Positions 1-8,556 of a DNA stretch of 33,306 nucleotides are shown piece after piece. The notes under the pieces were generated by a model. It saw only the letters and a program-made list of their open reading frames with translations, ran no database searches and had not been told where the DNA came from. The stretch lies in sequence record SRR20825019_3140. One strand, 5' to 3'. The position numbers and the translations under genes were made by a program. Positions within the stretch are counted from its first letter, which is position 1; each line of letters starts with the position of its first letter.

Positions 1-182
1 CAGGATTTCACGGATTCCACGTATTCTCTGGAGTAGTGATCAATGTCATCATTTTCTTTAATGTGATATTGGGTACCTACGAGCGAAGAGGTCACTATGA
101 AATGGTAGAAAAGGTTGGACTGTACTGGCACTTTGTGGATTTGGTATGGGTATTCGTATTTACATTCTTTTATTTGGTATAA
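1..182 (+). CDS. ctaE: Cytochrome c oxidase subunit III, 3' fragment (runs off the left edge)
   Basis: Not in the ORF track. Manual translation from base 3 gives GFHGFHVFSGVVINVIIFFNVILGTYERRGHYEMVEKVGLYWHFVDLVWVFVFTFFYLV, stop TAA 180-182. GFHGxHV and YWHFVDxVW are COX3 hallmarks. Confidence 0.93.
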   Translation, partial: GFHGFHVFSGVVINVIIFFNVILGTYERRGHYEMVEKVGLYWHFVDLVWVFVFTFFYLV

Positions 183-198
183 AAAACACAGATTATAA

Positions 199-582
199 AT
201 GGCACACGATCATAAACTCGAGATTTTCAGAGGACTTGTAAAATTTAAGTCGAACACCCAAAAAATTTGGGGAGTACTTATTTTCCTTTCGATAGTAACA
301 ACAGTGGAAGTTGCATTGGGTATCATAAAACCACGGTTCTTGACCCACAGTCATTTTTTGGGAATGAAACTCCTTAACTGGATTTTCATCATACTTACCC
401 TGGTTAAAGCCTATTACATAGCATGGGACTTTATGCACTTAAGGGACGAGAAAACTCCATTGCGAAGGGTAATTGTATGGACCCCGATTTTCCTAGTATG
501 TTATTTGATATTCATCTTGCTTTTTGAAGCCGACTACATTTATAATGTGTACAGTGATGGATTCATTACTTGGAACTTCTAA
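199..582 (+). CDS. Cytochrome c oxidase subunit IV family membrane protein
   Basis: 127 aa with three hydrophobic segments and a KAYYIAWDFMHL motif; lies directly after COX3. Confidence 0.85.
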   Translation: MAHDHKLEIFRGLVKFKSNTQKIWGVLIFLSIVTTVEVALGIIKPRFLTHSHFLGMKLLNWIFIILTLVKAYYIAWDFMHLRDEKTPLRRVIVWTPIFLVCYLIFILLFEADYIYNVYSDGFITWNF

Positions 583-602
583 GAAAAGCATTTAACAGAT
601 TT

Positions 603-631
603 AAAAGACGGTTTTCCAACCGTCTTTTTTT
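603..631 (+). terminator. Intrinsic terminator after the oxidase subunit IV gene
   Basis: Perfect inverted repeat AAAAGACGGTT (603-613), loop TTCC, AACCGTCTTTT (618-628), running into a T tract. Confidence 0.8.
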
Positions 632-638
632 ATTTTTG
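631..638 (+). promoter_or_regulatory. Bacteroidota housekeeping -7 promoter element
   Basis: TATTTTTG matches TAnnTTTG, right after the terminator and 18 nt before ATG 657. Confidence 0.55.
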
Positions 639-656
639 TACGGTTTTATAAACACT

Positions 657-1289
657 ATGAAGAAGAAAATTGTATTAGCCGTTCTTTTTATACTCCCTGT
701 GGTCGTGTATTTATTTTTCGCATCGGGAGTGAACAATTTTGGACGCCTCCCCATTCTCACGGAAAAGGTGGCAGATGTAGCTCGGATAGACCCCAATGTT
801 CAACTAAAGGATAAGATTACCATTTTAGGCTTTTTGGGCAATGATGTAGCGTCCAAACAAGGGAATGCGTTCAATTTGAACCAAAAAATCTATAAAAGAT
901 TTGGGGAGTTCAACGATTTTCAGATGGTGATGTTGGTGACGGAAGACCAAATGGGCAAGGTCGAAGATTTGAAGAGTGAATTGGGAAAACTTTCCGACAT
1001 AGATAAATGGCACTTTGCATTTGGCAACCCAGATGAAATCGAAACAATTTTTGAATCATTGGAGACCAATATTGATTTGGACGATAGTTATTCCACGCCC
1101 AATGTATTTATAGTTGACAAGGATTTAAAACTTCGCGGACGAACCGATGATGAGGACGAAGGAACCAAGTATGGATTCGATACCTCTTTAGTAGCAGAAT
1201 TGAACAATAAAATGGTGGACGACATTAAGATTATATTGGCCGAATACCGTTTAGCTTTAAAAAAGAACAATGCCGACAGGAGCAAATAA
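657..1289 (+). CDS. Membrane-anchored Sco-like (thioredoxin-fold) protein lacking the CxxxC motif
   Basis: Start moved from 570 to ATG 657 (MKKKIVLAVLFILP..., N-terminal anchor) because the extension crosses the terminator. Segments resemble the neighbouring Sco: KWHFAFG/DWHLMTG, VFIVDKDLKLRGR/FALVDKNGYIRSR, DDIKIILAE/EDIKKLLAE. Confidence 0.7.
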   Translation: MKKKIVLAVLFILPVVVYLFFASGVNNFGRLPILTEKVADVARIDPNVQLKDKITILGFLGNDVASKQGNAFNLNQKIYKRFGEFNDFQMVMLVTEDQMGKVEDLKSELGKLSDIDKWHFAFGNPDEIETIFESLETNIDLDDSYSTPNVFIVDKDLKLRGRTDDEDEGTKYGFDTSLVAELNNKMVDDIKIILAEYRLALKKNNADRSK

Positions 1290-2013
1290 CAAACGAAAGC
1301 ATACCTATATCTGGGTCTCAGCGATCATATTGATTTTTGGGATTTTTGCGGTGTATGAAATCACCAAACGCATAAAAGGGGGCACGGTCGTAGAAAACGA
1401 CCGGATGAGCAATGGCTCCAAAGAAATAGAGGTAGGTTTTGTGGTCAACCAAGGTGAAAAGCGCCGCGTGCCAGACTTCGAGTTTTATAATCAAGATAGT
1501 ACATTGGTGACCAACAAGGACTATTTGGGCAAAGTATATGTAGTTGAGTTCTTCTTTACCACTTGTCCCACTATTTGTCCCATAATGACAAAAAATCTGG
1601 TGGAATTGCAGGATGCCTTCAAAGAAGATGAAGATTTTGGAGTGGCATCCTTTACCATCAACCCACGATATGATACACCGTCTGTGCTAACAGCCTATGC
1701 CGAAAAGTATGGTATCACGGATAAGGATTGGCATTTGATGACAGGCGATCAAGAGAAAATATATGAATTGGCAAGGCAAGGATTTTACATTTTTGCCAAC
1801 GAAGACCAAAATGCGCCAGGAGGATTCGAGCATTCCGGTATGTTCGCATTGGTAGACAAAAATGGGTATATTCGTTCCCGTGAAGATGAATTCGGTAACC
1901 CATTGATCTATTATCGTGGAACCATTACCGAGGAACAAAAAGTAAATTCAGACGGGGAAACCCAACAGATTACCATATTAAAAGAGGACATTAAAAAATT
2001 ATTGGCAGAATGA
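1270..2013 (+). CDS. SCO1/SenC family copper chaperone
   Basis: N-terminal TM helix, FFTTCPTICP (CxxxC) and the conserved His in FEHSGMFALVD; cox locus context. Confidence 0.92.
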   Translation: MPTGANNKRKHTYIWVSAIILIFGIFAVYEITKRIKGGTVVENDRMSNGSKEIEVGFVVNQGEKRRVPDFEFYNQDSTLVTNKDYLGKVYVVEFFFTTCPTICPIMTKNLVELQDAFKEDEDFGVASFTINPRYDTPSVLTAYAEKYGITDKDWHLMTGDQEKIYELARQGFYIFANEDQNAPGGFEHSGMFALVDKNGYIRSREDEFGNPLIYYRGTITEEQKVNSDGETQQITILKEDIKKLLAE

Positions 2014-2546
2014 CCGAGGAAATTACTCTAAAGGAAAAGCGGTACAATAGGTTGATTACCGTAATTTCCATCGCTATACCTTTAGTGGTGGCACTTTTGT
2101 TTGGTTATAAAATTCCGAATGCAAAACCATTGTCGTTTCTCCCCCCGATTTATGCGGGCATAAACGGTCTTACAGCTATTCTATTGATTGCTGCCATTAT
2201 AGCCATCAAGAATGGACGTCAATTGATACATAGAAGGTTGATGTTGACCAATATAGTCTTGTCCGCTTTGTTTTTGGTCATGTATGTGGCCTATCACATG
2301 ACTTCCGAAACCACTGTCTTTGGAGGGGAGGGGCCAATCAAGTTTATCTATTACTTTATATTGATGACCCACATTGTGTTGTCCATATCCGTAATACCAT
2401 TGGTGTTGATTACCTATTCAAAAGTCTATCTAGACGATTTTGAGAGCCACAGACAATGGGCCAAGTACACCTTTCCCATTTGGCTTTACGTTGCGGTTAC
2501 CGGTGTTTTGGTTTATGTTATGATCTCACCTTATTACCCCTATTAA
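2010..2546 (+). CDS. DUF420 (YozB-like) membrane protein linked to oxidase assembly
   Basis: About 5 TM segments with HRRLM, YVAYH, LMTHIVLS and H...A..TFPIWLYVAVTGVLVY motifs; ATGA overlap with the Sco gene. Confidence 0.88.
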   Translation: MTEEITLKEKRYNRLITVISIAIPLVVALLFGYKIPNAKPLSFLPPIYAGINGLTAILLIAAIIAIKNGRQLIHRRLMLTNIVLSALFLVMYVAYHMTSETTVFGGEGPIKFIYYFILMTHIVLSISVIPLVLITYSKVYLDDFESHRQWAKYTFPIWLYVAVTGVLVYVMISPYYPY

Positions 2547-2552
2547 TTTTTC

Positions 2553-2765
2553 ATGAAGACTAGATTTCTCATCATATTGTTCATAATGTTGATTATTCCA
2601 ACGATGTCGGAGGCACAATGTGCTATGTGCCGAGCGGTAGTAGAGAGCGAGTCTGATGGAAAAACCGCCGAAGCAATCAATAATGGAATCGTTTATCTTA
2701 TGGCCGTTCCTTATGTCTTGGTTGCGGGCCTCTTCTACTTTATTTATCGCAAGATGAGAGGTTAA
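2553..2765 (+). CDS. Small exported membrane protein with a CxxC motif (QCAMCRA), function unknown
   Basis: 70 aa: signal peptide ending SEA-Q, CAMC, then a C-terminal TM helix (GIVYLMAVPYVLVAGLFYFIY) and a basic tail; 6 nt after DUF420. Confidence 0.8.
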   Translation: MKTRFLIILFIMLIIPTMSEAQCAMCRAVVESESDGKTAEAINNGIVYLMAVPYVLVAGLFYFIYRKMRG

Positions 2766-2791
2766 AAGATCCTTTCAATAGGGATTTTAAC
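2761..2791 (+). terminator. Possible terminator hairpin ending the cox-assembly operon
   Basis: Imperfect inverted repeat GTTAAAAGATCCT...AGGGATTTTAAC overlapping the stop codon; weak T tract. Confidence 0.4.
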
Positions 2792-2797
2792 TCTAAC

Positions 2798-2826
2798 TGT
2801 AACAATTTAAGATTTTGATAGTCTAA
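2798..2826 (+). promoter_or_regulatory. Putative ECF-sigma promoter for ABC module 1
   Basis: TGTAAC (2798-2803), 17-nt spacer, GTCTAA (2821-2826). The same motif and spacing recur at 6563. Confidence 0.65.
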
Positions 2827-2871
2827 TTGATATACGCTTTTGCGTATTTCATCAATCAAAATCACTAACCT

Positions 2872-4116
2872 ATGTTCGACCTTGAGCGGTGGCAAGAAAT
2901 ATTTGACACCATACGAAAGAACAAACTCAGGACCTTTTTGACCGGCCTTTCCGTGGCATCCGGCATATTTATATTGGTCATTCTTCTTGGATTTGGACAG
3001 GGAATGCGCAACGGTATCGAAAATGAGTTCAAGCAAGATGCCTCCACCAGTGTTTGGGTGTGGCCTGGTGTAACTTCCAAGGAATATAAAGGTCTTAACC
3101 CGGGAAGGCGGATTCAGCTCGTAAACGAAAATTTTGATAAGGCAAGTACGATGTTCAAAGAGGGTATTGACCGTGGTTCCGCCAGAATATTTGTTCGTGG
3201 AGTCAATGTCAATTATGGAAAGGAAGCGCTCATCTACGGCGTTCAGGGCGTAGCCTCCGATTTTCAATTTATAGAGAATGCCCAAATCTCCGAAGGGAGG
3301 TTCATCAATTATCAAGATGAAATTTCCAATGGCAAAGTGGCCATTATAGGGGACAAAATTAAAAAGGATGTTTTTGGAGAGGTGGAAACGCCCATCGGTG
3401 AATTTATCGATATTTCAGGAATACCCTTTAAGGTAGTAGGAGTATATAAAGAAATGGAGGACCGGGAAGAAGAACGTATCTATATTCCCATAACTACGGC
3501 ACAGCGAACATTTAATGGCGGCAACCGGGTCAACAATATGACCTTTACCCTGCCACCCGTGGAAAATTTTGATAAGGCCGTTGCCCAAGCGGTAGATTTT
3601 AAAAATGGCCTCCGACAGTATTTACAGCAGACCCATACCATAGCTCCGGACGATACAGGTGCGATTGAGGTGTGGAGCGCCATGGAAGAGGCCAAACGCT
3701 ATTATGGGCTCACCAATAACATAAAACTATTCTTCTGGTTTGTGGGCGTATGTACCATTATCGCAGGAGTAGTGGGCGTGAGCAATATTATGATGATCGT
3801 AGTAAAGGAACGTACCCGCGAAATTGGTATACGAAAAGCACTTGGGGCCAAACCTTGGTCCATTATCGCAATGATACTTCATGAGGCCATTTTCGTGACC
3901 GCCATTTCAGGTTTCGGCGGACTGATTTTTAGTATGGCCCTTTTGGAAATTGTAGGGCCCAATATAGAGGTGGATTATATTATGAATCCCTCGGTCAATT
4001 TTAACGTGGCCTTTTCCACTGTAATCGTTTTAATAGTGGCCGGGACCCTCGCAGGTTTTGTTCCTGCCTACAAAGCGGCAAAAGTAAAAGTAATCGAATC
4101 CTTAAGAGACGAATAA
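2872..4116 (+). CDS. ABC transporter permease, MacB/FtsX family (type A, copy 1)
   Basis: NKLRTFLTG followed by TM1, large periplasmic domain, GVSNIMMIVVKERTREIGIRKALGA signature and three C-terminal TMs. Confidence 0.93.
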   Translation: MFDLERWQEIFDTIRKNKLRTFLTGLSVASGIFILVILLGFGQGMRNGIENEFKQDASTSVWVWPGVTSKEYKGLNPGRRIQLVNENFDKASTMFKEGIDRGSARIFVRGVNVNYGKEALIYGVQGVASDFQFIENAQISEGRFINYQDEISNGKVAIIGDKIKKDVFGEVETPIGEFIDISGIPFKVVGVYKEMEDREEERIYIPITTAQRTFNGGNRVNNMTFTLPPVENFDKAVAQAVDFKNGLRQYLQQTHTIAPDDTGAIEVWSAMEEAKRYYGLTNNIKLFFWFVGVCTIIAGVVGVSNIMMIVVKERTREIGIRKALGAKPWSIIAMILHEAIFVTAISGFGGLIFSMALLEIVGPNIEVDYIMNPSVNFNVAFSTVIVLIVAGTLAGFVPAYKAAKVKVIESLRDE

Positions 4117-4128
4117 CCAAAAACAGCT

Positions 4129-5385
4129 ATGTTCAATAAAGATAGATGGCGGGAAATAATCGAGGTGCTCACTACCAATGTGTGGCGTACCATCTTTACC
4201 GCTTTTGGGGTATGTTGGGGCATTTTTATCCTTATTGTGCTTTTGGCGGCAGGCAAAGGTTTGGAAAATGGCATTAAACAGGATTTTGGGGATACGGCCA
4301 CCAATACCATGTTTATGTGGACCAGGGCCACAACTAGGTCCTACGAAGGTTTACCAAAAGGGAGAAGCTTTGAATTTAAAATTGATGATGTGCAGGCCTT
4401 AAGGGACAATGTACCCAATTTAAGGTTTATCTCGCCTCGCAACCAATTGGGTGGTTTTGGGGGCAACAACAATGTGGTGCATGGTCTGCGCAGCGGGGCG
4501 TACAATGTATATGGGGACTACCCGGAAATTATCAATCAAGATCCAATGTCAGTGACCTCTGGCCGTTTTTTGAACTATAACGATATCCGTGAGAAAAGAA
4601 AAGTGGCCATAATCGGCAACGGAGTAAAAAATGACCTTTATGATAAGGATGAGGAAGCTCTGGGAACTTATATCAAAATTCAGGGCGTAAACTTTATGGT
4701 CATAGGCACCTATAAGAAGAACAATAGTGGTGGGGGCGAAGAGGGCCAAAAGGAAATATTTGTCCCGTTCACATCATTTTCCCAAGCGTTTAACCGGGGG
4801 GAAGATGTTGGTTGGATGGCCATAACCGCAAACGACGGCAGTTCCATATCCCAGCTCAAGGACAACATTGTGGATGTGATGAAAAAACGTCACAAAGTCC
4901 ACCCGGAAGACACACGGGCCGTAGGTTATTTTGACCTTTTTGAACAATACAACCGTGTAGAAAGCCTGTTTGGAGCATTAAAGGCCGTGGCCTATATCGT
5001 GGGAATCATGGTTCTGCTCTCCGGTATTATAGGGGTAAGCAACATTATGCTCATTGTGGTGAAGGAACGCACCAAGGAAATAGGCATACGCAGAGCACTG
5101 GGCGAACAACCATGGTCCATAAAAAAGCAAATCTTGATGGAGTCCATTTTCCTCACTTTGATATCGGGTATGGTAGGTATCATATTCGGTTCCTTGGTCA
5201 TTTTTGGCATCAACTCGTTGCTGGACAGTGTGGGCCCTGTGGATATGTTTATGAGCCCAAGCGTTAGTGTGGGGGTGGTAACCGGCGCCTTGACCATATT
5301 AATGGTATCCGGGCTTTTGGCGGGCTTCATTCCTGCACAGAGCGCGATCAGGGTACGGCCCATCGAAGCATTGCGAAATGAATAA
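4129..5385 (+). CDS. ABC transporter permease, MacB/FtsX family (type B, copy 1)
   Basis: Same topology; GVSNIMLIVVKERTKEIGIRRALG and C-terminal PIEALRNE. Confidence 0.93.
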   Translation: MFNKDRWREIIEVLTTNVWRTIFTAFGVCWGIFILIVLLAAGKGLENGIKQDFGDTATNTMFMWTRATTRSYEGLPKGRSFEFKIDDVQALRDNVPNLRFISPRNQLGGFGGNNNVVHGLRSGAYNVYGDYPEIINQDPMSVTSGRFLNYNDIREKRKVAIIGNGVKNDLYDKDEEALGTYIKIQGVNFMVIGTYKKNNSGGGEEGQKEIFVPFTSFSQAFNRGEDVGWMAITANDGSSISQLKDNIVDVMKKRHKVHPEDTRAVGYFDLFEQYNRVESLFGALKAVAYIVGIMVLLSGIIGVSNIMLIVVKERTKEIGIRRALGEQPWSIKKQILMESIFLTLISGMVGIIFGSLVIFGINSLLDSVGPVDMFMSPSVSVGVVTGALTILMVSGLLAGFIPAQSAIRVRPIEALRNE

Positions 5386-5421
5386 TATTTAAAAGAATCA
5401 ATCAATTAACAATTATAAAAA

Positions 5422-6522
5422 ATGAAAAAATCGGTAACCATTGTCATCTTGCTGCTCATCGTAATAGTGTTCGGTGGCTCCATGTACTACCTGTATCAGA
5501 AAAACGCCGAAGACCCAGTGGTCTATCAAACGGAGACACCATCCAAGCAAACCATTGTGAAAAAGGCGGTGGCCACAGGGAGCATTCTTCCTTTGGAAGA
5601 AGTATTGATCAAACCCAATATCTCGGGCGTGATCGAGGAAATATATGTGGAAGGGGGCGATTACGTGAAATCGGGAGATCTTTTGGCAAAAATCAAGGTC
5701 GTGCCCAATCTTTCAGCACTTAACGATACGAAAAATGCAATCGATGAGGCCAAGATCAGTTTAGATGATCAAAAACGCAATTACGAACGCCAGTCCACGC
5801 TATATGGGAAGGGTGTCATATCCAAAACAGATCTGGAGCGTGCCGAAGTTTCCTATGATCAGGCAAAACAGGCATATGCAGCGGCCAATAAGCGTTACGA
5901 TATTGTAAAAACCGGAACTACGAGCGGATTGAGCAGTTCGGCCAATACCATGATAAGGGCCACCGTAAGCGGAATGGTGCTTGAGGTGCCTGTGGAGGTG
6001 GGCAATCAGGTAATCGAAAGCAATACCTTTAACGAGGGTACTACCATTGCCGCCATTGCCGATGTCGACAAAATGATATTCGAAGGAAAGGTGGATGAAT
6101 CCGAAGTGGGAAGGATTAAAGAAGACCTTCCTTTGGAAATAACCGTTGGTGCCATAGAGAATCGGGTTTTTGATGCCGTATTGGATTATATCGCCCCCAA
6201 GGGTAAAGAAGAGAACGGGGCCATTCAATTTGAGATCAAGGGAACCCTAAAAAAGAACGATACGGTCTTTATCAGGGCAGGTCTCAGTGCCAATGCATCC
6301 ATTATTTTAGCAAGGGCCGATAGCGTTTTGGCAGTAAAGGAAGCATTGGTCCAGTTTGATGATGATAGCAAAAAACCGTTTGTAGAAGTGGAAACCGCTG
6401 ATCAAAAGTTTGAAAGAAAGGATGTTGAATTAGGGGTGAGCGACGGCATTTTTGTAGAGGTAAAGTCAGGCATAGCGGCAACTGACAAGATAAAGGTGTG
6501 GAACGCCCTGGCCGAAGAATAG
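5422..6522 (+). CDS. Periplasmic adaptor / membrane fusion protein, MacA-like (copy 1)
   Basis: N-terminal TM anchor; lipoyl half-motifs (IKPNISGVIEEIYVEGGDYVKSGDLLAKI; IRATVSGMVLEVPVEVGNQV) flanking a helical hairpin; GKVDESEVG. Confidence 0.92.
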   Translation: MKKSVTIVILLLIVIVFGGSMYYLYQKNAEDPVVYQTETPSKQTIVKKAVATGSILPLEEVLIKPNISGVIEEIYVEGGDYVKSGDLLAKIKVVPNLSALNDTKNAIDEAKISLDDQKRNYERQSTLYGKGVISKTDLERAEVSYDQAKQAYAAANKRYDIVKTGTTSGLSSSANTMIRATVSGMVLEVPVEVGNQVIESNTFNEGTTIAAIADVDKMIFEGKVDESEVGRIKEDLPLEITVGAIENRVFDAVLDYIAPKGKEENGAIQFEIKGTLKKNDTVFIRAGLSANASIILARADSVLAVKEALVQFDDDSKKPFVEVETADQKFERKDVELGVSDGIFVEVKSGIAATDKIKVWNALAEE

Positions 6523-6562
6523 TGCACAAAAAACACTGTTTGAAAAAAAAAGTAAAAAATCT

Positions 6563-6591
6563 TGTAACATTTTAACAACATCTATGTCTTA
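6563..6591 (+). promoter_or_regulatory. Putative ECF-sigma promoter for ABC module 2
   Basis: TGTAAC (6563-6568), 17-nt spacer, GTCTTA (6586-6591); preceded by an A-rich UP-like tract at 6543-6559. Confidence 0.65.
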
Positions 6592-6630
6592 CTAGCAGAA
6601 GTAAAAGTAAGATAGCTAACATCATCAATC

Positions 6631-7332
6631 ATGATAGAAATCAAAGACCTTCATAAATCCTATAGAATGGGGACCAACTCCCTTCATGTTTTAAAGGGAA
6701 TAAATTTTAAAGTAGAGGATGGCGAGCTTGTTGCCATAATGGGATCTTCCGGGTCTGGTAAATCCACCTTATTGAATATTTTGGGAATGTTGGACGGTGC
6801 TGATTCGGGTGAGTATACCCTGGATGGCGTTCCGATCAAAAATTTGAGCGAAACCAAAGCTGCCCAATACCGAAATAAATTCTTGGGGTTCATCTTCCAA
6901 TCCTTCAACTTGATCAACTACAAAAGTGCAGCAGAAAATGTGGCACTACCATTATATTACCAAAAAGTACCAAGAAAGGAGCGCCAAGAAAAGGCCATGA
7001 AATATTTGGAAAGAGTGGGTCTAAAACCATGGGCCGATCACCTACCAAGTGAGCTTTCGGGTGGGCAAAAACAAAGGGTTGCCATAGCGCGGGCCATGGC
7101 AGCGGAACCCAAGGTGCTTTTGGCGGATGAGCCAACCGGTGCACTGGACAGTAAAACGTCCTATGAAGTAATGGACTTGATCCAAAAAATCAACGATGAA
7201 GGAAACACCATTTTGGTCGTGACCCACGAAGAGGACATTGCTCACATGTGCAAACGAATCGTGCACCTAAAAGATGGTGTTATCGTAGAGGATAAAAAAG
7301 TGGAACAAGTAAGAGCGGAACAATATGTTTGA
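6631..7332 (+). CDS. ABC transporter ATP-binding protein, MacB/LolD-type
   Basis: Walker A GSSGSGKST, GFIFQSFNL Q-loop, LSGGQKQRVAIARA signature, LLADEPTGALD Walker B/D-loop, VVTHE H-loop. Confidence 0.96.
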   Translation: MIEIKDLHKSYRMGTNSLHVLKGINFKVEDGELVAIMGSSGSGKSTLLNILGMLDGADSGEYTLDGVPIKNLSETKAAQYRNKFLGFIFQSFNLINYKSAAENVALPLYYQKVPRKERQEKAMKYLERVGLKPWADHLPSELSGGQKQRVAIARAMAAEPKVLLADEPTGALDSKTSYEVMDLIQKINDEGNTILVVTHEEDIAHMCKRIVHLKDGVIVEDKKVEQVRAEQYV

Positions 7333-8554
7333 TCGGGACGTTTGGCAAGAAATATTCAACACGCTTAAGACCAATAAACTGAGAACCTTTTTAACGGGGT
7401 TTTCCGTGGGGTGGGCCATCTTCATTTTGGTGATGCTTTTAGCTTCGGTTAATGGAATGCAAAATGGTTTTGTCGGCCAGTTCAACGATGATGCCACCAA
7501 TTCCATTTTCGTTCGTACGGGAACCACGGCCAAAGCCTATGGTGGTTTTGAGGCGGGCAGACGCGTTCAGTTAAAGAACGATGATCTCGAATATATCAAG
7601 CAAAGTTTTCCGAAAGACATCGAATATATAAGTGCCAGGTACTACTCCAATACAATAGCGAGGTACAAAGAGGAAACAGGGTCTTATTCCGTTCAGGCCA
7701 CCCATCCGGACCATCAGGCCATAGAGAAAACCCTAGTGGTCGCCGGAAGGTATATCAACGAAGCGGACATTGTCAACAAGGCAAAGGTGGCGGTAATCGG
7801 AAGAAAGGTAGCAGAAGACCTCTTCAAAAACGAGGATGCACTGGGGAAATTTGTGGAATTCAACGGCTTGCCTTTTCGGGTGATCGGAATCTTTACCGAT
7901 GATGGTGACGATAACGCAGAAAGAAGAATTTATGCCCCCATAAGCACCTACCAGCGCATTTATGGGAACACCAACGAAATTGCCAGTATCGCATTGACCT
8001 ACAATCCCAATTATGATTTGACCGAGGCTTTGGAATTTTCCGAGCGATTGGAAATTTTGATGAAGCGAAGGCACAAAATAGCTCCCGATGACCAAGCTGG
8101 ACTAAATGTATGGAACTATGCCGAAGCGTTCAATGATATCAGCAGTTTTACCGCAGTATTGAAAGGAATTGGTATCGGAGTCGGCTTTTTGATATTGATA
8201 GCTGGAATCGTGGGTATCGGAAACATTATGGTGTTCACCATTAAAGAGCGAACCAAGGAAATTGGGGTGCGGAAGGCATTGGGTGCTAGACCAATACAGA
8301 TTGTGAACCTAGTGCTGTTGGAATCCGTGTTCATAACGGCCATTTCTGGTTTTGTTGGATTATTGTTCGCTTGGATGATATTGGCCGCCATTGGCCCCAT
8401 GATCGAGACACCGGCGTTCAGTAATCCTTCGGTAAGCCTTTCCGTAGTGGTCACGGCCACTATAATATTGATTATTGCAGGCGTGTTGGCAGGTTTGTTG
8501 CCGGCCATGAAAGCTGCAAATGTAAAACCCATTGTAGCACTAAGCGATAAATAG
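7325..8554 (+). CDS. ABC transporter permease, MacB/FtsX family (type A, copy 2)
   Basis: WQEIF...NKLRTFLTG as in 2872; GIGNIMVFTIKERTKEIGVRKALGA; 8-nt overlap with the ATPase gene. Confidence 0.93.
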   Translation: MFDRDVWQEIFNTLKTNKLRTFLTGFSVGWAIFILVMLLASVNGMQNGFVGQFNDDATNSIFVRTGTTAKAYGGFEAGRRVQLKNDDLEYIKQSFPKDIEYISARYYSNTIARYKEETGSYSVQATHPDHQAIEKTLVVAGRYINEADIVNKAKVAVIGRKVAEDLFKNEDALGKFVEFNGLPFRVIGIFTDDGDDNAERRIYAPISTYQRIYGNTNEIASIALTYNPNYDLTEALEFSERLEILMKRRHKIAPDDQAGLNVWNYAEAFNDISSFTAVLKGIGIGVGFLILIAGIVGIGNIMVFTIKERTKEIGVRKALGARPIQIVNLVLLESVFITAISGFVGLLFAWMILAAIGPMIETPAFSNPSVSLSVVVTATIILIIAGVLAGLLPAMKAANVKPIVALSDK

Positions 8555-8556
8555 TT

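Noticed and set aside
570..656. N-terminal extension of the 570..1289 ORF
   Set aside because: Overlaps the upstream gene and crosses a terminator and -7 box; ATG 657 gives a normal membrane anchor.
2740..3315. 191-aa minus-strand ORF, and similar antisense ORFs at 4992-5405, 5800-6228, 8116-8532, 9210-9785 and 10988-11434
   Set aside because: They lie opposite well-supported genes and carry no recognisable motifs; treated as shadow ORFs.
5386..5421. Recurring ATCAA-rich tracts in leaders (also near 2850-2871, 6620-6630, 9814-9851, 10971-11012)
   Set aside because: Consistent with ordinary A-rich, unstructured Bacteroidota translation initiation regions; no fixed spacing or symmetry.
6543..6551. 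A9 homopolymer as a possible phase-variation tract
   Set aside because: It lies upstream of the putative -35 box rather than in the spacer or a CDS; more simply an UP-like element.
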